This document shows, piece by piece, positions 8,980-17,367 of a stretch of 64,000 bases of DNA. The DNA comes from Terriglobales bacterium. GTDB lineage: Bacteria; Acidobacteriota; Terriglobia; Terriglobales; Acidobacteriaceae. Numbering within the stretch: position 1 is the stretch's first letter; every line of letters begins with the position of its first letter. The translations under genes were made by a program, and so were the position numbers. Below the pieces are notes generated by a model. The model was not told the origin of the DNA, searched no databases, and saw only the letters and a list, made by a program, of their open reading frames with translations. The stretch spans positions 1,433-65,432 of the forward strand of contig DASVWZ010000156.1 in assembly GCA_036392935.1 (NCBI GenBank), given 5' to 3'.

Positions 8980-9972
8980 ATGCAAAACAGCACTGAGGAC
9001 GGAAGTCCCGTTCGCCCATCGGGTGCGCAGACGCGTCCCAGCACCATTCTGGTGGCGGAAGATGACCGCCTGTTCCGTTACATCTTGCAGACGTGTCTCG
9101 AAAAGTGGGGACACAAGGTCGTTCTGGTGAATGATGGGCTGGCTGCGTGGGAGGCTCTGCAGAGCGATGATGCTCCCCAGATGGTGATTTTTGGCTGGAT
9201 GATGCCGGGGCTGGATGGGCTGGAACTCTGCCGGAGGATTCGACAGAGTAGCCCGAAGCCATATCGGTATCTGTTGCTGCTCTCGGCGAAGGACAGCAAA
9301 CAGGATGTAGTAGCTGCGCTGGATTCCGGAGCTGACGATTATCTGAGCAAACCCTTCGATCCAGATGAACTCCGCGCGCGAATTCGTTCCGGCGAACGAA
9401 TTTTGCAACTGCAGGAAGCGCTGATGCAAGCGCACGATGAACTGCAATTTGAAGCCGCGCATGACCGGTTGACCGAACTGTGGAACCGCGGCGCGGTGTT
9501 GGATGCGTTGGAGCGTGAGAGCCGGCGGGCTTTCCGGAGCAAGGAGCCGCTGTCGGTGGTGATGCTGGATCTGGATTCTTTTAAGAAGATCAACGATACG
9601 CACGGACATTTGATTGGGGATGCAGTGCTGACAGAAGTGGGGCGCCGCCTGATAGCGGCGTTTCGGGGATATGACTACATTGGGCGCTACGGAGGCGAGG
9701 AATTTCTTGCGGTGGTCCCGGGGTGCGGACGGGAAGATCTGATCGTTCTGGCGGAGCGGGCGCGGCAGTCGGTTTCGAGCGCTGCGATTTCGACGGCCGT
9801 TGGGGAGATTCCTGTAACGGTCAGTCTGGGAGTGGCAGCTGCGCAGGTAAAGGATATTGAGAAGGATCCGGAAAATCTGCTGAAGCTGGCGGATGCGGCG
9901 CTGTACCGGGCGAAATCGAAGGGCCGGAACCGGGTTGAGGTTGCAGCGGCGGCCAAAGCGGCCACGGTGTAA
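8980..9972 (+). CDS. response-regulator receiver (phospho-acceptor Asp replaced by Gly) fused to a GGEEF diguanylate cyclase
   Basis: Receiver residues: ILVAEDD, MVIFGWMMPGLDG, LLLLSAKD, DDYLSKPF. GGDEF domain: DRLTELWNRG, LDLDSFKKINDTHGHLIGD, RGYDYIGRYGGEEF (RxxD I-site plus intact GGEEF). GGGGAGGAA lies just upstream of the ATG. Confidence 0.85.
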   Translation: MQNSTEDGSPVRPSGAQTRPSTILVAEDDRLFRYILQTCLEKWGHKVVLVNDGLAAWEALQSDDAPQMVIFGWMMPGLDGLELCRRIRQSSPKPYRYLLLLSAKDSKQDVVAALDSGADDYLSKPFDPDELRARIRSGERILQLQEALMQAHDELQFEAAHDRLTELWNRGAVLDALERESRRAFRSKEPLSVVMLDLDSFKKINDTHGHLIGDAVLTEVGRRLIAAFRGYDYIGRYGGEEFLAVVPGCGREDLIVLAERARQSVSSAAISTAVGEIPVTVSLGVAAAQVKDIEKDPENLLKLADAALYRAKSKGRNRVEVAAAAKAATV

Positions 9973-10116
9973 CGCCAGAGGCCATTCAAACACCTTGTCC
10001 AGCGAGGGTTTCAGGGGATAGCACATTCGGGGACGGTCTGGCACGGGCGTGCCATTTGCAGAATGAGGGGTGTGTTTTAACTTCCTAAGTGAGCAGTTCT
10101 GGGGGAGGGCTGCCAC

Positions 10117-10160
10117 GGGCGGTCTGGATTCGAAAGAATTCAGGCCGCCCGTTTAATTTT
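10117..10160 (+). terminator. hairpin plus T-tract between convergent genes
   Basis: GGGCGGTCTGGATTC-GAAA-GAATTCAGGCCGCCC followed by GTTTAATTTT. Lies between the diguanylate cyclase gene (end 9972, +) and the TonB-like gene (end 10212, -). Confidence 0.55.
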
Positions 10161-10211
10161 GCGTGAAAGCTCCTTGGCTTCGATTCTGCCGCGAGATCGA
10201 GTGATTTACCG

Positions 10212-11039
10212 CTAGTACGTCGAGATAGTGAAGTTGACTGTGATGCGAGCTTCGGTGTCGACCGGCCGGCCGGATTGCAGATGCGGTTTGAATCGCCATT
10301 GGCGGACGGCTTCGCGGGCAGCGGCGGAAAGAATGGCGGGTCCGCTCAGAACCTGTATTTCCTGAATGTCTCCGGTCTTGTCGATGAGCGCCTGCAAAAC
10401 CACGGCGCCCTGCACTTTCATCTGCTTGGCGAGCAAAGGATAGGTTGGTTCGACGGGACGGTCGAGCACCTCGACAGCATCGGGCGAGAGCTGCACGCGT
10501 TCCGTAGCTGTTGCTACGGGAGCGTCAGCCGTGGCGGGAGGCGGCGTTGCCGCGGGCAATGGAGCCACGCCATCCTGCATTTTGACGTTGACGGAGTTGG
10601 TTTTCGGATCGACTTCGTGGCGCTGATTTCCGGCGACGACTTCCACTTCCAGGGGCGGCAATACCGCGCGGCTGGTGGTTACGACCATCGGCGGAACAAC
10701 GGCTTTGGCCACTTCTTGCGGCGGGGAGGCTTTTTTCACGTGCACAGGCTCTTCGGGCGGGGCAAGCTGCGGTCCGAAGGGGATAGTTTTGGCGGCGGGT
10801 AGAGCGGCGCCGCTTGAGAACGCCGTGGGTTGCGGCGGCTCCGGCTCGGTTGTTTCTGAGGCAGCGGCGGCGCTGGGCGCCGGTGGCGACATCAGTCGCC
10901 AATCTTTTATGAGGACGAGGATGAGCGCGAGCGTCAGCACCAGAAGTGCCGTGATCATGCGGCGGCGCTGTTGATGTTCGAGAGCGCTTGGCTGGGGCGG
11001 CGTCAGCGCTTCAGGCGATTGGTTCTGCAAGGCTCCCAT
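10212..11039 (-). CDS. TonB-family energy transducer (N-terminal TM, Pro-rich linker, TonB_C domain)
   Basis: TM helix ITALLVLTLALILVLI, then a Pro/Ala-rich spacer. C-terminus YPLLAKQMKVQGAVVLQALIDKTGDIQEIQVLSGPAILSAAAREAVRQWRFKP. Confidence 0.8.
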   Translation of the reverse strand: MGALQNQSPEALTPPQPSALEHQQRRRMITALLVLTLALILVLIKDWRLMSPPAPSAAAASETTEPEPPQPTAFSSGAALPAAKTIPFGPQLAPPEEPVHVKKASPPQEVAKAVVPPMVVTTSRAVLPPLEVEVVAGNQRHEVDPKTNSVNVKMQDGVAPLPAATPPPATADAPVATATERVQLSPDAVEVLDRPVEPTYPLLAKQMKVQGAVVLQALIDKTGDIQEIQVLSGPAILSAAAREAVRQWRFKPHLQSGRPVDTEARITVNFTISTY

Positions 11040-11190
11040 AGAAAAAACGCACCCAGGAACGACCGTCCTGCGCTTAATAGTATGCCTTCAAACGAAGCAG
11101 AATGCCAGTGTTTCTACGCTGCTTTCGCGGGCTTCAGCGGTTGTGTAAAGTTGCGTTGTATCCGGCTGATTCTTAAATAGTTAGCCGAGT

Positions 11191-11206
11191 TGTGAGGCGC
11201 GTCACA
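11191..11206. promoter_or_regulatory. perfect CRP-consensus palindrome TGTGA-N6-TCACA
   Basis: TGTGAGGCGCGTCACA, 129 nt upstream of the Crp/Fnr-type gene start at 11335. It overlaps a second inverted repeat, CACAA-ACGC-TTGTG (11203..11216). Confidence 0.45.
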
Positions 11207-11334
11207 AACGCTTGTGCCTTCAATCACAGCCATGGCGAAGCCGCGAGCGCACACTAACTTCGTGATGCAGATCACAGGTGATTGTTTGAGCAGATGATCG
11301 CTTTCTGCCGAAAAAAGCATCACGGAGGTGGATT

Positions 11335-12057
11335 GTGATCTCACCCTATGGACTAGACATCGTCGAGAGCTGTTTAACCTGCAAAACCCGATCGGAACGG
11401 CTGTTTTGCGATCTGCCGGCGCCTGCGCTGCAGGCGTTTGAAGGCATTAAGTATGCGACCGCGTACCCGAAAGGCGCCGTACTGTTTGTGGAGGGGCAGG
11501 CGCCACGCGGAATTTTTGTGTTGTGCAAAGGAAGAGTAAAGCTTTCGATCTGCTCAACCGACGGAAAAACTTTGATCGTGAAGATCGCCGAACCTGGCGA
11601 GGTGCTGGGGTTGAGCGCGAGCGTTTCGGGAAAGCCGTATGAGTTGACGGCGGAGACGATCGATCCGTGCCAGGTGAACTTTGTGAAGCGCGAGGATTTT
11701 CTGCGCTTCCTGAGAGATCACGCCGATGCGTGTTTCCGCGTGGCGGAGCAGTTGAGCGAGAAATATAACGCCGCGTGCCATGAGGTTCGGTCGCTGGGGC
11801 TTTCGCACTCGGCGGGCGAGAAACTGGCGAAACTCCTGCTCGAGTGGAGCTCAAAAAATGGCGAGGCGACCAAAATGGAACCACGCCTGAAGCTGGCCCT
11901 TACACATGAGGAAATCGCGCAGATGATCGGCACATCGCGGGAGACAGTTACGCGTCTGTTCGCGGATTTGAAGAAGCGGCAAATTGTTCAGTCCAAGGGA
12001 TCTACGCTGATTATTCGGAATAAAACGGCGCTCAGAATGATCGCCACGAACAATTAG
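11335..12057 (+). CDS. Crp/Fnr-family transcription regulator with N-terminal C-x2-C-x8-C motif
   Basis: cNMP-binding fold (VLFVEGQAPRGIFVLCKGRVKLS, GEVLGL) plus C-terminal HTH (THEEIAQMIGTSRETVTRLFADLKK). N-terminus ESCLTCKTRSERLFCDLP. GTG start. Confidence 0.85.
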   Translation: MISPYGLDIVESCLTCKTRSERLFCDLPAPALQAFEGIKYATAYPKGAVLFVEGQAPRGIFVLCKGRVKLSICSTDGKTLIVKIAEPGEVLGLSASVSGKPYELTAETIDPCQVNFVKREDFLRFLRDHADACFRVAEQLSEKYNAACHEVRSLGLSHSAGEKLAKLLLEWSSKNGEATKMEPRLKLALTHEEIAQMIGTSRETVTRLFADLKKRQIVQSKGSTLIIRNKTALRMIATNN

Positions 12058-12137
12058 GAACCGAATGTACTTGAGTCACGTTCGCGCGTGATTCGAGTCA
12101 CTGCTCGCCCAGGTCGCATTGCATTAGGAGTAGGAGT

Positions 12138-12632
12138 ATGGAAAGTGCGACTCAAACCAGTTGCCTGCGTTGCATCGAACGGCCTGACCGGTTGTTTTGC
12201 CATTTGCCGGCCGAGGCGCTGAAAGCTTTCGATGCCCTCAAGTCCACTATCGAATGCACGAAGGGGGACGTGCTGTTTCGTGAAGGCTCTCCGTGCATAG
12301 GAGTTTTTGTCCTCTGCGAAGGCAGGGCGCGGCTGTCGGTGTGCTCGGAGTCGGGAAGCCGGCTGACGTTACGGATCGCGGCGCCGGGAGAGATGTTGGG
12401 CCTGAGCGCATGCCTGGCGGGAAGCCATTATGGGATGACCGCCGAACTCCTCGATAGCAGCCGTGTGGCCACGATGAAATACAACGACCTGATGACCTTT
12501 CTGCGCGAGCATGAGGACGCGTGCATGCAGGTGGTCAACCTGCTGAGCCAGGATCTGCATTATGCCTATGAGCGCGTCAGGGCAGTGGGGCTCGGCAAGC
12601 ATCGGCGGGCGCGATCGTTGACCGTGAATTGA
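12138..12632 (+). CDS. truncated Crp/Fnr paralogue (sensor domain only, no HTH)
   Basis: 164 aa, collinear with the first ~165 aa of the 240-aa neighbour. It shares the same motif, SCLRCIERPDRLFCHLP. The ORF stops before any HTH, and I found no HTH-like sequence in the other frames downstream. Confidence 0.7.
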   Translation: MESATQTSCLRCIERPDRLFCHLPAEALKAFDALKSTIECTKGDVLFREGSPCIGVFVLCEGRARLSVCSESGSRLTLRIAAPGEMLGLSACLAGSHYGMTAELLDSSRVATMKYNDLMTFLREHEDACMQVVNLLSQDLHYAYERVRAVGLGKHRRARSLTVN

Positions 12633-12759
12633 GCGGGAACCATTCTGCGGCACGGCTCATCATCAAATGAACCCAACCCATCCCTGGGTTGAAGTCGTGG
12701 TTCAACAAATTCCTCCCATCTTCCGACACACCTGCATGTGATATGCAGACATGGCGCCC

Positions 12760-12773
12760 GTGACTCATGTCAC
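12760..12773. promoter_or_regulatory. GTGA-N6-TCAC inverted repeat upstream of the multihaem cytochrome gene
   Basis: GTGACTCATGTCAC, 175 nt upstream of the ATG at 12948. A second palindrome, CTGCAT-GTGAT-ATGCAG, lies at 12732..12748. Confidence 0.35.
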
Positions 12774-12947
12774 CAAAACCAGTGAGTGGACTCATAGTCA
12801 TTTTTAACGCCGGACGAAAGAATGAAGATGCTGGCTGTGAAGTGTAACGAAACTCATCAGCGCGTGATGAGCATCTTGGCTGATGAAGATCGCAGCACGC
12901 GACGGCGCACAGACGCGGTCGGCAATCGCGGTGGGAAGGCAAAGGCT

Positions 12948-15101
12948 ATGAAACTCATCCCGGCATTAGCGCTCGGTCTCATACTAGCGGCGGTTCCTGC
13001 AAGCTCATCCTCCAAAGCTTCTACGAAAGCGGCGGGAAAAACTCCGGCGACTCCAGCCGCGGCGAATGAGACGTGTCTGGCCTGCCATGGCGACAAGACG
13101 ATGAAGTCGGAGTCCGGGAAGAGTCTGTTCGTCGATGCCGCGAAACATTCGGCCAGCGTACATGGCGAACTGGGATGCACGACCTGCCACGCGGACATAA
13201 AAGATTTTCCGCACCCCACGAAGGTAGCGAAGGTGACCTGCGCCACCTGTCACGACGACGAAGCGCACCAGGTGCCAACCAGCGTGCACGGATTGCTGGG
13301 TAAGACGTCATGCACGGCCTGCCACGGCGATCAGCACGAAATTCAATCGGCGGCGAAGGTCATTCCTGAGCGCTGCGCAACCTGCCATGAAGACGCGGTG
13401 AAGGAATATGCGGCGGGCGTGCATGCCGATGCGAGAAAAACGGGAAATACAGATGCGCCAAATTGCCTGTCCTGCCACGGCGGAGTGCACCAGATTCTGA
13501 GTGCGAGCGATGCCAAGTCACCGGTGAACCATCTGAATGTTCCAAAGACGTGCGCGACCTGCCACGACCAGAAACTGGTGATGGAAAAGACCGGCCACAG
13601 CACGCAGCCGTATGAGTCGTACGAGCAGAGCGTGCACGGGAAAGCGGTGGCATCGGGATCGGAAAAAGCCGCGGTTTGCACGGATTGTCACGGGGTGCAT
13701 GAGATTTTGTCGGCGGCGAATCCGAAATCGTCGATTTTCAAGTTCAATGTTCCAACCACGTGCGCGAAGTGCCACGGGCCAGTCGAACAGCAGTTTGTGG
13801 CCAGCATTCACGGGCAGGCGATCTCTCGTGGAAACTGGCAAGCCCCGGTTTGTACGGACTGCCACGGGATCCACACGATCAAGGCACCAAAGGATCCGAA
13901 TTCGTCGGTTTCACCTCAGAACGTGGCGCGGGTCACGTGCGCGAAGTGCCATGAGGGCGTGCAACTCTCGCAGGAATTTGGCGTGCCGACCGGCAGGGTG
14001 TCATCGTACATGGCGAGCTATCACGGGTTGGCGGCCTCGTTGGGATCACCCACGGTGGCCAATTGCGCCAGCTGCCACGGAGTGCACAACATCTTTCCGT
14101 CAAGTGATCCGCGGTCGACGATCAACCAGGCGAACCTGGTCCAGACGTGCGGACAATGCCACCCCGGAGTCACGGACAAGTTTGTGGCCGCGAAGGTGCA
14201 CGTGGATGCACCGCTGGCAGCCGATATGGGCAGCAAGGCTGTGAGCTGGGTGCGGCGAATTTACGTGCCGATGATCATTCTGGTGATCGGCGGTATGGTG
14301 CTGCACAACCTGATCATCTGGCGGTATAAAGCCGTCGCAAAGCGCAATTCGCATCCGCGAACCGTAACCCGCATGAGCGGCAACCAGCGGCTGCAGCACA
14401 TCCTGCTATTCACCAGCTTCATCGTGCTGGTGATCACGGGCTTTGCGCTGAAATATCCAACGTCATGGTTTTCCGGACTCTTGGGCCTCAGCGAGCACCT
14501 CCGCGGCATCATCCACCGTGTAGCAGGTGTCGTGCTGGTTGCGGTGAGCCTGTATCACCTCGCCTACGCGTTGCTGACACGGGATGGGCGCCGCTTGCTG
14601 CTTGACTTCCTGCCGAAGCCGAAAGACGCGACCGACGTAGTGGGCACCATGCTGCATTATCTCGGCCTGAAGCGCACGAAGCCTGAGTATGCGCGCTTTA
14701 CCTACGCCGAGAAAGCCGAGTACTGGGCGCTGGTGTGGGGCATGTTTGTAATGGCGGGCACTGGAATCATGCTGTGGGCGAAAGTGTTCTTCGGGAACCT
14801 GCTGCCACGGTGGTTCCTGGACATTGCGACCGCGATCCACTTCTACGAAGCTGTGCTTGCCACGCTGGCAATCGTGGTCTGGCACTTCTACCAGGTGTTC
14901 CTCGATCCTGACGCGTACCCGATGAATTGGGCCTGGTGGGACGGCAAGATGTCGGTTGAGCACTATCGCGAGGAGCACGGACTGGATGCGGCCACCCTGC
15001 TGGACGCGGCAAAGCGCGAAGCGAGCGAGCGGGCCTCAGCAGATACTGTGTCCGGCAACGCGAAGGACGAGGAAGCGGAAACCGTCGCCAGCTACAAATG
15101 A
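12948..15101 (+). CDS. 13-haem c-type cytochrome fused to a dihaem cytochrome b-like membrane domain (CbcL-like)
   Basis: Signal peptide MKLIPALALGLILAAVPASS. Thirteen CxxCH motifs counted (CLACH, CTTCH, CATCH x3, CTACH, CLSCH, CTDCH x2, CAKCH x2, CASCH, CGQCH). Then about 5 TM helices carrying conserved His (LQHILLF, IHRVAG...LYHLAY, AIHFYE...VWHFYQ), as in FdnI/HydC/PhsC-type cytochrome b. ATG at 12948 is preceded by GGGAAGG; the track start at 12822 adds a non-hydrophobic extension. Confidence 0.85.
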   Translation: MKLIPALALGLILAAVPASSSSKASTKAAGKTPATPAAANETCLACHGDKTMKSESGKSLFVDAAKHSASVHGELGCTTCHADIKDFPHPTKVAKVTCATCHDDEAHQVPTSVHGLLGKTSCTACHGDQHEIQSAAKVIPERCATCHEDAVKEYAAGVHADARKTGNTDAPNCLSCHGGVHQILSASDAKSPVNHLNVPKTCATCHDQKLVMEKTGHSTQPYESYEQSVHGKAVASGSEKAAVCTDCHGVHEILSAANPKSSIFKFNVPTTCAKCHGPVEQQFVASIHGQAISRGNWQAPVCTDCHGIHTIKAPKDPNSSVSPQNVARVTCAKCHEGVQLSQEFGVPTGRVSSYMASYHGLAASLGSPTVANCASCHGVHNIFPSSDPRSTINQANLVQTCGQCHPGVTDKFVAAKVHVDAPLAADMGSKAVSWVRRIYVPMIILVIGGMVLHNLIIWRYKAVAKRNSHPRTVTRMSGNQRLQHILLFTSFIVLVITGFALKYPTSWFSGLLGLSEHLRGIIHRVAGVVLVAVSLYHLAYALLTRDGRRLLLDFLPKPKDATDVVGTMLHYLGLKRTKPEYARFTYAEKAEYWALVWGMFVMAGTGIMLWAKVFFGNLLPRWFLDIATAIHFYEAVLATLAIVVWHFYQVFLDPDAYPMNWAWWDGKMSVEHYREEHGLDAATLLDAAKREASERASADTVSGNAKDEEAETVASYK

Positions 15102-15264
15102 GCTCTGGATGATTGGCAGAATGCGGCCAATGTCCCTGCAAAAGTTCTTGGATTTGGGGAAAACATGATAGAGAATCATATCTTCCTTCGTAATCAGTAG
15201 GGTGAGCGCGGGCAGACATGCTCGCGACGACAAAAATCCTTATGCGCAATCCGCGGGAGAACGA

Positions 15265-16803
15265 ATGAGCCCAGAAAGTCCAGTGCCCGAGTCGAACGTG
15301 GGCGTGGTGCGAACCACCCTAAGACGAATCATGCGGAACCCGATCAGCCTGGCAGGAATTGCGCTGGCCATCGTGGCGCTGGCGAATATTTTTTTCCTGT
15401 TCCTTATCGATCTGCTATCGGAGACCGCCAGCCCGTATGTCGGAATCCTTGGCTATATGGTCGCCCCGGGATTTCTGATTCTTGGGCTGCTGCTAATCTT
15501 AGCCGGACTGCTGTGGGAGAGAAAAAAGAAGGTCAAAGAGTCGCCGGATGCGCCGATTTATCCGCGGATCGATTTCAACGATCCAGGACAGCGCAGCGCG
15601 GCGGCATTTTTTTTGACCTTTATTGTGGTTTTCGTTCTGCTGAGCGCCGTAGGAAGCTATAAAGCATACGAATACACGGACTCCGTACAGTTTTGCGGTC
15701 AGTTGTGCCATTCGGTAATGAATCCGGAATTCACTGCGTACCAGCTTTCGCCGCATGCCCGCGTGGGGTGCGTAGAGTGCCACGTGGGGTCGGGTGCGTC
15801 GTGGTATGTGAAATCGAAGATGTCAGGCGTACGGCAGGTCTTCAAGACTGCGATTGGGACCTTTCCGCGGCCGATTCCAACACCGGTGCACGATCTGCGT
15901 CCGGCGGCGCAGACCTGCGAACAGTGCCATTGGCCGAAGCGTTTCTACGGGGCTCAGCTAAAAGTGTTCACGCATTATGCCAGCGACGAGAAAAACTCGC
16001 CACAGCAGATTCGCATGCTGCTCAAGACGGGTGGGGGCGATCCGAACACCGGCGCACCGGAGGGGATCCACTGGCACATGAATATCGCCAACGAGATCAC
16101 CTACATTTCGACTGACGACAAGCGCCAGGTGATTCCCTACATCCACGTGAAAGACATGCAAGGCAGGGTTACGGAATACATGACCAAAGATTCGCCACCA
16201 AGCAAGGAGCAACTGGCGAAGGGGACCCTGCGAAAGATGGATTGCATCGATTGCCACAACCGGCCGACGCATATCTACGTTCCTCCGGACCGGGCACTGG
16301 ATGAGTCATTGCTGGCGGGAAGGATCGATCCGAGTTTGCCGTTCATCAAGCAACAGGCATTGGCGACCCTGACCAAGAACTACGCAACCACCGATGCTGC
16401 GATGCAGGGGATCGCCACGGACCTGCACCAGTTCTACCAGAGCAAGTATCCGGATGTGGACCAGAACAAGCAAAAGGAACTGCACAATGCGATTGCTGAG
16501 GCGCAGCGCGTTTATTCGAGCACGACCTTTCCGGAGATGAAGCTGAACTGGCAGACCCATCCGAATAACATCGGCCACTTCTATTACGCCGGATGCTTCC
16601 GCTGCCACGACGGGCAGCACGTCAGCGCCGATGGGCGAGTGGTAAAGAAGGATTGCGACATTTGCCATACCATCCTGGAGCAGAATGAAGGCGCCACGCG
16701 GTTGATCGCGTCGCAGGGTGCAACGTTCAAACATCCTGTGGATATTGGCGACCTGTCGCAGGTGAGTTGCAGCGACTGCCACACCGGCGGAGTGAGCCCG
16801 TAG
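15265..16803 (+). CDS. membrane-anchored 7-haem NapC/NirT-like cytochrome (ImcH-like)
   Basis: Three N-terminal TM helices (ISLAGIALAIVALANIFFLFLI, ILGYMVAPGFLILGLLLILAGLL, AAFFLTFIVVFVLLSAV). One CX3CH motif (CGQLCH) plus six CxxCH (CVECH, CEQCH, CIDCH, CFRCH, CDICH, CSDCH). ATG at 15265 is preceded by GGGAGAA. Confidence 0.8.
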   Translation: MSPESPVPESNVGVVRTTLRRIMRNPISLAGIALAIVALANIFFLFLIDLLSETASPYVGILGYMVAPGFLILGLLLILAGLLWERKKKVKESPDAPIYPRIDFNDPGQRSAAAFFLTFIVVFVLLSAVGSYKAYEYTDSVQFCGQLCHSVMNPEFTAYQLSPHARVGCVECHVGSGASWYVKSKMSGVRQVFKTAIGTFPRPIPTPVHDLRPAAQTCEQCHWPKRFYGAQLKVFTHYASDEKNSPQQIRMLLKTGGGDPNTGAPEGIHWHMNIANEITYISTDDKRQVIPYIHVKDMQGRVTEYMTKDSPPSKEQLAKGTLRKMDCIDCHNRPTHIYVPPDRALDESLLAGRIDPSLPFIKQQALATLTKNYATTDAAMQGIATDLHQFYQSKYPDVDQNKQKELHNAIAEAQRVYSSTTFPEMKLNWQTHPNNIGHFYYAGCFRCHDGQHVSADGRVVKKDCDICHTILEQNEGATRLIASQGATFKHPVDIGDLSQVSCSDCHTGGVSP

Positions 16804-16848
16804 GCAGAAGTTAGAGTGCAGAAGTAACTGCCGAGGCCCACGGTACGA

Positions 16849-17367
16849 TCAGGCTCTCTGCTTGAAGCGATCCAGAAAAGCAAACAGCGCGACGGCGACC
16901 AAGGCATTAGCCAGCGCGGAGCCGAGTTCGTGCCACCAGGACCAGTGGAGGTCGAGGCGGACGAGTCCCCGGGCAATCAGGAAGTAAGTGAACTCGTGCA
17001 CCACGTAGAAGAAGAGCGTGACCAGAAAGCGGGAACCGGCATTTTCAACGTCGAGCTTGACGCCGAGCGATGATGCGCCGTATCCGACGACGGTGTTGGA
17101 GATGCCGTAAAGGCCAAGCGGGTAGTTGGTGAGCGAATCCTGAAGCAGGCCGATGGCTGCGCCAGTGAGCAGTCCAGTGATCTGGCTACGGCGAGCGAGG
17201 GCGAAAAAGACGACGACGAGGAATGGCAAGTCGACTATGTTAAAGAACGGCAACCATCGCGGGACGAATGCCTGAATGGCAAGCGCGAGCAGCGGGATGA
17301 TGATGGCCACGGGAAGGCTGAAGCGGTAGACCTCGATCTGCTCGTTCGATGTGTAGGTGATGGGCAC
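16849..17367 (-). CDS. mreD: rod shape-determining protein MreD
   Basis: 172-aa polytopic membrane protein immediately after mreC. Its GTG start overlaps the mreC stop by 1 nt. Confidence 0.8.
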   Translation of the reverse strand: MPITYTSNEQIEVYRFSLPVAIIIPLLALAIQAFVPRWLPFFNIVDLPFLVVVFFALARRSQITGLLTGAAIGLLQDSLTNYPLGLYGISNTVVGYGASSLGVKLDVENAGSRFLVTLFFYVVHEFTYFLIARGLVRLDLHWSWWHELGSALANALVAVALFAFLDRFKQRA

